DNA of 39,244 nucleotides, from the NCBI GenBank assembly GCA_900128585.1, contig LT642184.1, forward strand, positions 1-39,244, in the 5' to 3' direction. Of the stretch, positions 29,663 to 39,244 are shown piece by piece (positions within the stretch are counted from its first letter, which is position 1; each line of letters begins with the position of its first letter). Both the position numbers and the translations under genes were made by a program. Origin of the DNA: Stramenopiles sp. TOSAG23-3. Taxonomy: Eukaryota. Below the pieces are notes generated by a model that was not told the DNA's origin, did not search any database, and saw nothing but the letters and a program-made list of their open reading frames with translations.

Positions 29663-31447
29663 ATGGTTTTGTCCCGTTCTCTTCTCTTACTTTGCTCTTT
29701 AGCCGTCGTGTCGGCGGCAGACTCAACATGGTGTCATAACAAGTCGGCAGCTGCGAAGCCTGGTATGTATGGTGACTTAGGCCCATATATTCACCTAGTC
29801 GATAATAAAGATCTTCCGAACAATCCCACTGTGTCTGCCCTTTTCAAACAAGGACTAGCACAATTATATGGTTTTAATTTGATCGAGAGTGACAGGAATT
29901 TTCGAACTGCTGCGCAGCTGGACCCAAATTGTGTGCTTTGTTTTTGGGGCATTGCGGCTGCACACTCGCCAAGCATAAACTATTGGATCCTGGATCAAAA
30001 AAGTCTAAATGATGCAGCAAACACAGCTGTGGATCTTTTCAAGAAACAGAGTAAAACTTTAAGCGAAAAGACAAAACGATTAGTCGCTGCTGCTGCCAAA
30101 CTCATCGCACCCGCGAATCACACAGACTCTCCTAATAGCCCTTTCAGAAAAGCCTGGTCCGACTCGCTTTGCGAAGACAGCAGTGACCCGGATATTAATA
30201 CTTTCTGTGCGGGTTCCTTGATGGCTTTGACTCCATGGAATTACTACCAGGGTGTTCCTAGTGGAGGAAGATTTGATCTCAAGACAATGCTAGTTCCGGC
30301 TAAACAGAAGCTTTTGGATTCCATTGGAGTTGACGGGCGGCCTCATGTGCTTGCGATTCACCTGCTTATTCATTTACTCGAGCCCTCAAATGCGCCACTG
30401 TCGTTCCGTTGGGAAGCACTTAAAGCTGCTAAACTCTTGTTCAATGGATCCAGTTCGCATGGCGAGCTAGTACCTAGCCAGGGTCATCTTACACACATGC
30501 CGGCTCATTTATTTCTACGCACAGGCCTTTACAACGAAGGCGTGGATACTAGTACAGTTTCGACGTCAGTAAACACAATGTATGACGCAAAGTGTTTGGT
30601 GGCGTACTGCCATGGCCACAACCAGAACATGTACCTCTCCCATGCTCGAATGGCAGGACGGTTGAAAGACGGAATGGAAATTGCCACGCATATACTGAAC
30701 CGCAAGACTGCAGGAGATGAACCTGCACTAGGGATGACAGCCCACATCTGTTGCGACTGTGGAGGCCCCGGAAGTGCCGGCGGCGTGATGACTCTAATGC
30801 GATTCGGGAAGTGGGAGGAAATTCTGAAGATGAACGTCCCCGCTCCATCTGCCTTCGACCCAGTGGACCAGAATTGGGCCCAGCAGCAACGTGCTATGTG
30901 GCACTACACACGCGCTGCTGCTTACTGGGCTCTCTCCGACAATGGGGAGAAAGAAGATATGGTGAAATCTGGGGATGCTGAAGCTGTGCTGAGTAAGGCT
31001 GCAGCAAAGAACTGTGCAGACCCAGGAAATTTCGTCAATCTGACTGCGATTATTCCAGCAGAACTCGATGGTCTTCGGTCATACCACATTGATCAAGACT
31101 GGAAAAAAGCAATCCAAAGCTACAGAGCTGCTGTTGCTTACGACGATAATAATCCATATATGGAACCACCCCCGATGTACTACCCCCCACGCCATTGCCT
31201 TGGGGCATTGCTTGCTAACGCACCAGAGGCGGCGGGAGGTAATATTACAGAGGCATTGGAGACTTTTGAATGGGATCTTACTGCGTTTGTTGATAATGGG
31301 TGGTCTCTTTACGGTGCCGCTGATGCTGCACAAAAACTTGGTGAAGTAAGCAAAGCAAAAGATTATCAAACTCGTGCAGACATTGCTTGGGCCCGTGCTG
31401 ACGATAGTTTTGTTTCTCCTTGTCCCCAGTTGTTTGCAAAGAAGTGA
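29663..31447 (+). CDS. Secreted TPR-like helical protein with conserved His-rich motifs
   Basis: Signal peptide MVLSRSLLLLCSLAVVSAA. Motifs FKQGL..YGFN..E..R.F..A..LDP.C..C.WG, HLLIHLLE, GHLTHMPAHLF, LMRFGKWEEIL, Y.EPP..YYP.RH.LGA and NGWSL.G. Confidence 0.8.
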   Translation: MVLSRSLLLLCSLAVVSAADSTWCHNKSAAAKPGMYGDLGPYIHLVDNKDLPNNPTVSALFKQGLAQLYGFNLIESDRNFRTAAQLDPNCVLCFWGIAAAHSPSINYWILDQKSLNDAANTAVDLFKKQSKTLSEKTKRLVAAAAKLIAPANHTDSPNSPFRKAWSDSLCEDSSDPDINTFCAGSLMALTPWNYYQGVPSGGRFDLKTMLVPAKQKLLDSIGVDGRPHVLAIHLLIHLLEPSNAPLSFRWEALKAAKLLFNGSSSHGELVPSQGHLTHMPAHLFLRTGLYNEGVDTSTVSTSVNTMYDAKCLVAYCHGHNQNMYLSHARMAGRLKDGMEIATHILNRKTAGDEPALGMTAHICCDCGGPGSAGGVMTLMRFGKWEEILKMNVPAPSAFDPVDQNWAQQQRAMWHYTRAAAYWALSDNGEKEDMVKSGDAEAVLSKAAAKNCADPGNFVNLTAIIPAELDGLRSYHIDQDWKKAIQSYRAAVAYDDNNPYMEPPPMYYPPRHCLGALLANAPEAAGGNITEALETFEWDLTAFVDNGWSLYGAADAAQKLGEVSKAKDYQTRADIAWARADDSFVSPCPQLFAKK

Positions 31448-31614
31448 TTCAATATGACCATTTGTATTTTGGTTTATCCCTCGAAACATTTGATGGTTTC
31501 CGGGGCCACATATATAAAGTATATAATTTGTTTTTTTATAAAAGTATGGAGAACCGTACCCCGTACAGTGTACGGTAAAAAAAAGTAAAAAACGAAAAAT
31601 ACATTGGTGTGTGT

Positions 31615-32490
31615 TTATCTCATCCAAACACCCTCGTCTCCATCCGAATCTGGTGCAGTGGGCAAGACCCAAATTCCTGGACTGTCATCGCTTTCTGTAG
31701 CCACAACAAAAGGCACTTCCCCATGTACCAATGCGTCAACTGTTATCCCATTTGCTTTCATCAGAATGTCAACAGTATCAAAATTGCCTAACTGTGCGGC
31801 AATGTACAGAGCACTTTGGTTGGCTTTATCTACTTTGTCCACCTTGGCATTATGACGAAGTAACAATTCGACCACTTCAGCATGATCCCCGGCGCTAGCT
31901 TCCATAATCGGCGTCCATCCGTCATTTCCCTCTGTATTGGCGTCACTTCCCTCTCTTAAGAGGCGTGTCACAAGCGAAACATCACCACGGGCACTTGCTA
32001 CGCTTAGCCGAGACATGTGGCACTCGTACACGACACGCCCAGATTGCCCGTCGTTGCGCCTCATCTTGAAAAACAACGACCCGTAATCAACCAGGAGCTC
32101 TTCTCCACGGGAGATTTCTTTAATTGCAACGTAGACAACCTCTCCCGATGACAGACGGTCCATTTTTACGTTTTGGAGGTTACACGTGGCTTCAGCTGCA
32201 ATCGAGTTTACATACAGCAAAGGATTGTTAAGGGGAACACGCGACCCATCACAAGTGTGTGTCTTATTTATACTCCAGGATCTATCATGCTCGGTTGAAT
32301 GAAGTGTTTTGGAAACGTTGACACATTTAAATGTGCCCAACAGTTCTTCTTTTTGAAATGCCCGGTTTGCAAAACACCCGTGTCCTGCACCAACCAACCG
32401 AGATTTCATAACTACAAAGGTAGACTGGGCCCGCAGACAAAACGCCCAAACGATCAGAACAGTGGATACCATGATCCTCCCTTCACGCAT
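31615..32490 (-). CDS. SET-domain plus ankyrin-repeat protein with N-terminal hydrophobic leader
   Basis: SET motifs KSRLVGAGHGCFA, LYVNS and AIKEISRGEELLVDYG. Ankyrin repeats GWTPIMEASAGDHAEVVELLL and QSALYIAAQLG. ATG at 32490 or 32472. Confidence 0.8.
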   Translation of the reverse strand: MREGRIMVSTVLIVWAFCLRAQSTFVVMKSRLVGAGHGCFANRAFQKEELLGTFKCVNVSKTLHSTEHDRSWSINKTHTCDGSRVPLNNPLLYVNSIAAEATCNLQNVKMDRLSSGEVVYVAIKEISRGEELLVDYGSLFFKMRRNDGQSGRVVYECHMSRLSVASARGDVSLVTRLLREGSDANTEGNDGWTPIMEASAGDHAEVVELLLRHNAKVDKVDKANQSALYIAAQLGNFDTVDILMKANGITVDALVHGEVPFVVATESDDSPGIWVLPTAPDSDGDEGVWMR

Positions 32491-33243
32491 TATTGGAAAC
32501 GGCCAACTAATGCAGTTTTTATGGGGACCGACCACAGTCAGAAAAAGTAAATGTAAGGGAAACGCGCACTTGTTAAATTTTCTACCCTCAACCCTGAAAC
32601 TTAATCGGATAAAAAATCTCCCTGATTTTTGTCCATTTGATTGGTATTGCTTTGCTAAGGCGTTGTATACATTAGGGATTATTTGAGAGATTAATGTTTG
32701 AAATTTCAACAATAATAATAATAATATATTTATTACTTTATTTATTAACTTGTTGGTAGAAAATATAATAATTTAAAATATAAATAAAAAGAAGAAGTCG
32801 TCACATCATCATCTTTTCCACTCTTCCACCACCCCCACCAAGACGACGAATATTAATAATACTATGGGCAATACCGATACGGTCAAACGGTCCGATAATA
32901 TAGAATAAATATTTTTTTAATTAATATTAAATAATAAAATAATGTGCCAGTGCTTGAAAGTGTAGTAAAAAAATGCAGTAATTTGGAGTTGCATTACTAG
33001 TATTCCCAATGCCAGTATCGCCAAATAATACATAATGATACGTGCTGCTTGGGGCAGGATCGCATTTGTAACAAAAATTATCATCTCTCAACCGAAAGTC
33101 AAATTACCCCTGGGGTGGAAATCCATGATGTCCAACGATAAATTAATTTGATGTTGAATAAAACGTTTCCTTCGGCCCATACGGTTATTTTTTGCCACTG
33201 GGTCGTGGAACAAGATGGCCGCGAAAATGAATCTGCTTTTAGT

Positions 33244-33948
33244 TTAAGTTTTAAAGCCCTGGTACTTTTCCCCTGTACTTTTCGCCTGCTGTACAGTTAC
33301 CCCGCCCCTGTCTTCCCCCCATGTCTTGGAGTCTTTCAAATCTATATGGTGGTACTTTTCTAGACCTAACATTACCACCGACGCGGCATTGCCACCTTTT
33401 GATGCACTCCAAAGCGCCGTGTTGTACCTCTTATTTCCATTCTTGGTCTTTGGGTTAGCCCCGTTAGTCAAAAGAAGTTCTATGATTGAATCATTCCCAC
33501 AAGACGCGGCAACATGCAATGGTGTGTTCCCTACCTTATCTTGCGCATTGATAGGCACCCCCAAGCTGATCAAGAAGTTTGCACATGCCAAATGTTTCTT
33601 TTTGTCCCCTTTATGAGATGCAACAAGGTGTAACGAATTCTGATTGAAAGGTATCGTCAGTGCTAAATGATCGGATTCATAATAAAGCAATAACTTGAGC
33701 GAATCTAATTGACCTGCTCGAGCGGCCTCGTGAAATGCGGTATGGCCATTATCGGGATTTCGTGCATGGGTCAAAGTCATGTCAGATTGCAAAAGTGATT
33801 CGATCTCTTCGTTGCAACCACTTCTTGCATAGTCTGCCAAAGGTTTATACGGGGAAACTTCCCGTGCACGATTGTTTTGTACGACTGCTTTGGCATGGGG
33901 AGACTTTCTCGGGGATCTCCTTGGTGAGGAAGACTTACGTAACCGCAT
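33244..33948 (-). CDS. Ankyrin-repeat protein
   Basis: GHTAFHEAARAG, QNSLHLVA, GNTPLHVAASCG..LLLTNGANP and NTALWSA. First ATG is 33948. Confidence 0.88.
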   Translation of the reverse strand: MRLRKSSSPRRSPRKSPHAKAVVQNNRAREVSPYKPLADYARSGCNEEIESLLQSDMTLTHARNPDNGHTAFHEAARAGQLDSLKLLLYYESDHLALTIPFNQNSLHLVASHKGDKKKHLACANFLISLGVPINAQDKVGNTPLHVAASCGNDSIIELLLTNGANPKTKNGNKRYNTALWSASKGGNAASVVMLGLEKYHHIDLKDSKTWGEDRGGVTVQQAKSTGEKYQGFKT

Positions 33949-34392
33949 TTGAACACACTTCAAAAACAAAGCGATCTTCTCATATTTTTAAGTTAAATTT
34001 TATAATTGCCAACCACTTCCATCCATTTTTTGTTTGTTTGGAAATCGCATGTTCCCGTATATATCATTTTATTGTTCGTGGTCTCGTGTTTTGTCGGCGT
34101 CACTTTTTGCGACAATCAATATAATAAAAAAAATCTCATTCATTCTTCACACCACCCATCAATCATCACATGTTTTCGTTATTCTTGGTACAGCAGTGTA
34201 CCACCGTATTTTTTTTATTGGCCAATTATTACTATAAAATAATAATATATTTTAATAAATACTTTCGTCAGGTTGTCTCAGCACAGTCAGCAGCTGCTAG
34301 GTACGTGGTACCGAAAAATAAATATAGTGGTGTAATAAAACTTACATTAATATCTTAACAATGTTAAAAGTAAAAAAATATACAAAGTAACC

Positions 34393-35373
34393 TCAAAAAG
34401 CAACAACCCGTAACTCTTGGGTTGGGTATCCTCGTGGCGAGCGTCTTCCTTCAAATGCAAATGCCACTTGGTAATGTTTAGGGCTAAACGCGACAGATTT
34501 CGTGGTGCTTGGGCATGCAAAATGACCTAAGACTTCTCCTGATTTCACACTGTTGACTTGGAGAGGACCCTCCGCTGCAGTTGCCGCAACCAGCAGTTCG
34601 CCATTGTGGTTGAAACTAACCGACTTGACGTTGTTCTGCGCCTCCATAATGGAGTTGGTGCAGACGAGATGTTCTAGATCCCATATCGACACAATCGAAT
34701 CATACGAACCTACCGCAATTTTGCTCCCCCCTGGGCAAAAATCGATGCAGTAACACACGCCCGAATGCCCTGTTATACTCCTCACGTATTCGAGGGAGCC
34801 ATCGTCTGCCATTCGCATGATATCCACTGTGCCACCTCCTCGGGAGGAGCCTTGGTAAGTCGACATGTACAAAAAGTTGGAGTCCGGAAAGTACGGGTTC
34901 CACTTGATCTCGTTGACTTCAAAATCAAAATTGCTTGTTTTTAAGATTCTCAATTTTCTCATGTCTATTATACTTATGCCGTCAGAAATGTCGGATACGG
35001 CGACGTAGTTACCATCAGCTCTCCATGCAATGTGCAAATTTGCTTCTGGGGTAGTTATCTTGTGAGCTTTGCCCCTGCTCCGAGCGTCCAAAACTTGCAC
35101 AACTTTGCCTTGCTCGGCGGCAACAGCACTTGTGGCTTGTGTTGTACTCCATGCGACATCCATCACAGGAGAGGAAAAATTTTTGAACAAACGATTTGAT
35201 TTTAATACCCCGTTTCCGATAGACCATAGCTTCATCGTCTTGTCCGCCGAAGAAGTCGCGACCACCGACCCGTCCGCCGACCAAGTGGTGGAGAGGATTG
35301 GCCCGTTGTGTGCCTTCGAGGCATCGTAATGTTGCTGCTGTGCAAACCGTTCGGTATAATTCGTCGACGCCAT
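34393..35373 (-). CDS. THOC3: THO complex subunit 3 (TEX1), WD40
   Basis: WD40 repeats with THOC3-like segments NLHIAWRADGNYVAV, FDFEVNEIKWN and GHSGVCYCIDF..GSYDSIVSIWDLEHLVC. Confidence 0.85.
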   Translation of the reverse strand: MASTNYTERFAQQQHYDASKAHNGPILSTTWSADGSVVATSSADKTMKLWSIGNGVLKSNRLFKNFSSPVMDVAWSTTQATSAVAAEQGKVVQVLDARSRGKAHKITTPEANLHIAWRADGNYVAVSDISDGISIIDMRKLRILKTSNFDFEVNEIKWNPYFPDSNFLYMSTYQGSSRGGGTVDIMRMADDGSLEYVRSITGHSGVCYCIDFCPGGSKIAVGSYDSIVSIWDLEHLVCTNSIMEAQNNVKSVSFNHNGELLVAATAAEGPLQVNSVKSGEVLGHFACPSTTKSVAFSPKHYQVAFAFEGRRSPRGYPTQELRVVAF

Positions 35374-35734
35374 TGTTTTGCAATTTCTATACACGATCGT
35401 GATCTTGAGGGGCGATAAGATACATATTTGAGATTTTACCTAAGCCCGTGGATTTCGAGTACATTCAAATATCCATTGTTGTGTAATAATAAAATATTGT
35501 GGTCCGTACCGAGGTGGGGGGGAGTGATCGAGATCGGGGATCATCATACCTTGGTACTACTAACTCTTTACATCATCATCATCAGATTTATCCTACCAAA
35601 AATTTCATTTTAAATAGATATAAATTTAAATTAAAAAATACTTTAAATTATAATTTTATCATATAGATAATACAACATAATGATAAAGTACGAATATTGT
35701 ATACTCATTATCTGGTGTTAGGTCTTCTCCTCTC

Positions 35735-38065
35735 CTATCGTCTGCTCAAAAATAAGACACCCAGAACGGTCACGCTAGCGGCTAGTACCACTGCCAAAGT
35801 GGTGTCTAATCGCTCATTTTCTTCTTCGGTGTTCTTGGCACGATCGGCATATTTATCCAAGCCAGTCTGGGCAAAAAATGAAGAAAACATCGTCTCGTTG
35901 TGGCTATCACGGAAGCTCTTTTTCGATGCTTTACTGGATTCGTTCGTCCGTTCGGGAGCATCCCCCATAGATTCTATGCGATCGTCAAGCTCCTCCTCCG
36001 AACTAAAACTGTCGGAGCAACTGCTAAGCTCGCTTGAAGAGGTCGAATCCATGCTCTTCTCGGCGTCGGAAACCATCGATGAAGTGCTGCACCTACGCCT
36101 TCCCGCGCCTTTTTTCCCTCCGTTGCGTGTGTTTCTTGCTCCAGAATTTTGTATCCGCTTTACAGACACCTTTGGGCGCTTGCGTGCCATCGTCTCCTCT
36201 TCATGGCTGCTGCCACTGCTGCTGCTAGCATCGTCTTCGCTATCTTCTGAAAATTCAGACGAAATTGATGAGGTGTCTTCGTTCTTCCTTTCCACAAACG
36301 ATGCCGCTGCGGGGGACATCGCAGGTATGGGGACGTTGGGAGGTTTTGCATCTTCCTTTTGCACGATAACGAGCCTTAGGAACTTCAAACCCCGACCACG
36401 GGCAATGGAGACCGACTCTTTTACATCATCGTCATCAAGCAGAAGAACCATATCGCCATCTTCGTCTTCGTACTTTAAGGACAATTTCTCTTCCTCGGTT
36501 TTCATTCGCACCGCACACTTCCGCAGCAAAGCATCGTACCGATGAGCAGCACTGCGAAAGCGGTGTGTATTCCCATCTTTGTCGGTTAGTTTGAAAACAA
36601 AAGAATTCTCCGCCATGGACACCGACGTGAAATTTGAGATAAAGCTGCCAGCATCGTCGTTGTCCATTCCAGCCACGCTGCGTTGGTCGATCGCATGCCT
36701 GGCATTGTGCGCTTTCAAGTTTTCTGGCGAAAGGCGCGAAATAACGTTCGTGTTCCCGGGCATGACTGGCCTCATTGCGTCTGTTTTTAACCTCGTCCGT
36801 CTAATGTCGTCCTCTATATCGTCAAAAGACGCGCTAACATTGAACTGCTGGCTACTCAATTGCTGAGCGTGCTTTCGCGCGGCGTGAAGACTGGCGATTT
36901 TTTCATTCAAATCTGCGCACACGCCGTAATTGCCAGCGGCCATGGCCTCACCTATCTCCCCCTCAACTTTGGCAATGTGGTTTTCGATGTCGTCGGGACT
37001 GTCGCAACTGTCGAGTTGTAAGATCTTGATAACATCCGCCACAAGCTCGATGTTGGCCTTAGTTTCAGCGCATTTCCCCCAATTCTTCTGCTGAATATGG
37101 CCATTCAGGGTGTCGTTCAATTTTGCGTGCATACTAACGACCGATTGAATATTCTTCGTCGCCTCACGAACCCATTTTTCGTGCTCAATGAGAATATCAA
37201 GGCGGTTTTGGTAGTTTGAACATTTTTCGAACTTCTTTTCTTCGACTGCCGTTTGAATCTGAGCCCTCGTCATCGTCACGTGAGAGCTTATCTTGGATGG
37301 GGCGGGGAAGCCAAGGTGGTTTAAAATGCTTTGCTTTTCCTCCACTTCGCCCAGAATACGCTTCAGATGTTCAAAACCTTCGATCTGCACAGCTGCGACG
37401 AGCGCCTCGTACGATGTGGCAATGCTGGACTTCAGCTCTTCCAGTGACATTTTTTCGTAAGGGTTTGACTGAACCACCTCAAAGCTGAATTCACCGGGTG
37501 TAATGGGCGACAGTTTGATGTCTACAGTAATGGAGGCATTGTCAACATTTTGGTCGTCTCTGCCTGGCAAGAGGTCAATTGCATCTATTGTTTTATCGAA
37601 TATATCGCTAGACCCCCTGAGCTGCTCTCCCTGCGGTGGTGTGGCGTTAAGAATTGTATCCGCCCGGACATGGTAAACACCACCATCAGTTGTCCGAACC
37701 AGAAGCGTACCATTGTCTAAATTATCCCCTACTATTTTTGCAGGGGTCCCGGGTGCCAACGATATATCGTCCCGTTGCATAAGCACTTGCACTACGTCCT
37801 CGCTGGAAATTCTAACGCTGCTCTTCTTACTAGACACTGGGGTCCTTTCGGCTTCGGTAGTATCGCTGGTCTCTTCTCTAGCTTTCACAGCGGATGCCGG
37901 GAGCAGTTTCGCTTTTATATAGTCAAGGCTCTTTCGTCTCTTCGGAGTAGACGACTTCTTTCTGGCAGACCCGTTAGACGCTTGAGGCGCATTCTTTTCT
38001 ACACCCAACGGGTTTTCTGGCACAAACTGGTTGACAACTGACATTTGTGCGTTCTCTTTGTCCAT
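35735..38065 (-). CDS. PB1-domain protein with UVR-like helical motifs and C-terminal tail anchor
   Basis: PB1 with OPCA acidic motif (FVFKLTDKDGNTHRF..LKYEDEDGDMVLL), three UVR-like units (AVEEKKFEKC, IQQKNWGKCA, AMAAGNYGVCA) and C-terminal TM LAVVLAASVTVLGVLFLSRR. First ATG is 38065. Confidence 0.78.
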   Translation of the reverse strand: MDKENAQMSVVNQFVPENPLGVEKNAPQASNGSARKKSSTPKRRKSLDYIKAKLLPASAVKAREETSDTTEAERTPVSSKKSSVRISSEDVVQVLMQRDDISLAPGTPAKIVGDNLDNGTLLVRTTDGGVYHVRADTILNATPPQGEQLRGSSDIFDKTIDAIDLLPGRDDQNVDNASITVDIKLSPITPGEFSFEVVQSNPYEKMSLEELKSSIATSYEALVAAVQIEGFEHLKRILGEVEEKQSILNHLGFPAPSKISSHVTMTRAQIQTAVEEKKFEKCSNYQNRLDILIEHEKWVREATKNIQSVVSMHAKLNDTLNGHIQQKNWGKCAETKANIELVADVIKILQLDSCDSPDDIENHIAKVEGEIGEAMAAGNYGVCADLNEKIASLHAARKHAQQLSSQQFNVSASFDDIEDDIRRTRLKTDAMRPVMPGNTNVISRLSPENLKAHNARHAIDQRSVAGMDNDDAGSFISNFTSVSMAENSFVFKLTDKDGNTHRFRSAAHRYDALLRKCAVRMKTEEEKLSLKYEDEDGDMVLLLDDDDVKESVSIARGRGLKFLRLVIVQKEDAKPPNVPIPAMSPAAASFVERKNEDTSSISSEFSEDSEDDASSSSGSSHEEETMARKRPKVSVKRIQNSGARNTRNGGKKGAGRRRCSTSSMVSDAEKSMDSTSSSELSSCSDSFSSEEELDDRIESMGDAPERTNESSKASKKSFRDSHNETMFSSFFAQTGLDKYADRAKNTEEENERLDTTLAVVLAASVTVLGVLFLSRR

Positions 38066-38872
38066 CGTTGACGAGTGTAGTAGGTATAGGTTAGAATATT
38101 CACACAAGTTTTTTCTCCGCTGTCCTCTCTTCAAAATCTCAAATTACTAAACCGTCTTCATTAACGAATCGCTAAAAATCTTCAAGGCATTAAAATGTAA
38201 CATTCAAGTTGGTAAAGATGTTCTTACAATAAATAAAGGACAAACAACAACAGAAGAAGAACAAACAACAAAAAACAAAAAACAAAAACCACCACCTCCT
38301 CCCTCCTTCTTCTTCTTAGAGATATTAGTATATTATTACTTCAAATAATAATAATATAAAGCAATACAACTGTGTATTCCATCCACCATCTTAACGTTCT
38401 TCAAATTTCAGTCTCTATAAAATAAAGCTAAATAAAATATCAAAAATAGATAATTTTTTGATTTGATAATAATCCTATATATCTCATGAGTATACAAACT
38501 TAATGTACTTACAGGACAACCGTGGCTTCCGGTACCGGGTACCTGTATTAATACCAGGTAACGTACGACCGGATAGCATGTAATGAAATGTGCTGATGAA
38601 TTTGTTGTTGTTGGTCGGTAGTAGTTGTGTGTTGAAGAAGAAGAAAAGAAAATATTATAATAAAGAAACAACACAACGGATAGATTTCTTCTCTCTCACA
38701 CACACTCATTACATTTATATTATATGTCGTAACGAAAATATAGAATGAATAGAATATATTAATTCAGACATACGTACTGAAATGATTTACCTGCGCAGTG
38801 CAACGGTATTTGCCAACGCCTTCAATTGACCTTTCCGACAAAACACTTCCCACTAGTCGGGGGTAGCATGCA

Positions 38873-39244
38873 ATGAAGCGTGCGCAAATTGAAGAGGCCA
38901 GAAGGCATGCGGCTGAATTGCATGACGAAGAAGAGCAGGCAAAGTTGGCCCTACTGCCTCCGAATGAAAATGATTTCAGTGTCACCGCTCATTTGATGCG
39001 AAAGCATTTGGAACGGATGAACGAGTCGTTGGCGGAGACGGCGAAACATGCCAGAAATGCAGTCCTTATACAGCGGCTGGTGGTGGTACCGAAGTTAAAT
39101 ACCATGGACGTGCTGAATGAGTTGCGCTTGGCCACCCACTTTACGAAGGAGCTAGGAGAGGAGACAGATAAAACCGGGAATTCCATTCCCTCCTTTCGGC
39201 AATGGAAGTTCTCGAAGAAAACCCCTACTGCCATGGCATTTGTA
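38873..39244 (+). CDS. Hypothetical protein, 5' part only (runs off the window)
   Basis: ATG 38873 (MKRAQIEEARRHAAELHDEEEQAKLALL...) is open for 124 codons to the window end, with coding-like composition. Confidence 0.65.
   Translation, partial: MKRAQIEEARRHAAELHDEEEQAKLALLPPNENDFSVTAHLMRKHLERMNESLAETAKHARNAVLIQRLVVVPKLNTMDVLNELRLATHFTKELGEETDKTGNSIPSFRQWKFSKKTPTAMAFV

Noticed and set aside
1653-39244. Alternative genetic code or stop-codon readthrough
   Set aside because: TAA, TAG and TGA all end genes at plausible positions, and conserved domains contain no in-frame stops.

Overview
This is a eukaryotic nuclear fragment from a flagellated protist; a stramenopile is inferred from gene content, not proven. 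It carries about 17 compact, apparently intronless, GC-richer protein genes separated by very AT-rich low-complexity spacers, in the standard genetic code. Recognisable products: a MORN/IQ protein, a HEPN-like (RxxxxH) protein, SPAG1/RPAP3-like, NDUFC2 (B14.5b), a DusA-like dihydrouridine synthase, an EF-hand protein, CCP5/AGBL5-like, JmjC, a PAN-IPT-FN3-L-lectin protein, TAF5, a secreted TPR-like protein, SET-ankyrin, ankyrin, THOC3 and a UVR-PB1 protein. The standout is a tRNA-Ala(UGC) gene (596-742) split by a 74-nt intron with the hallmarks of a U2-type spliceosomal intron (GTAAGT...CTAAC...CAG at position 38/39) rather than a TSEN-type tRNA intron. Also notable is an orphan, in-frame third copy of a 4-Cys module lying beyond the stop codon of the secreted protein at 19224-20027.
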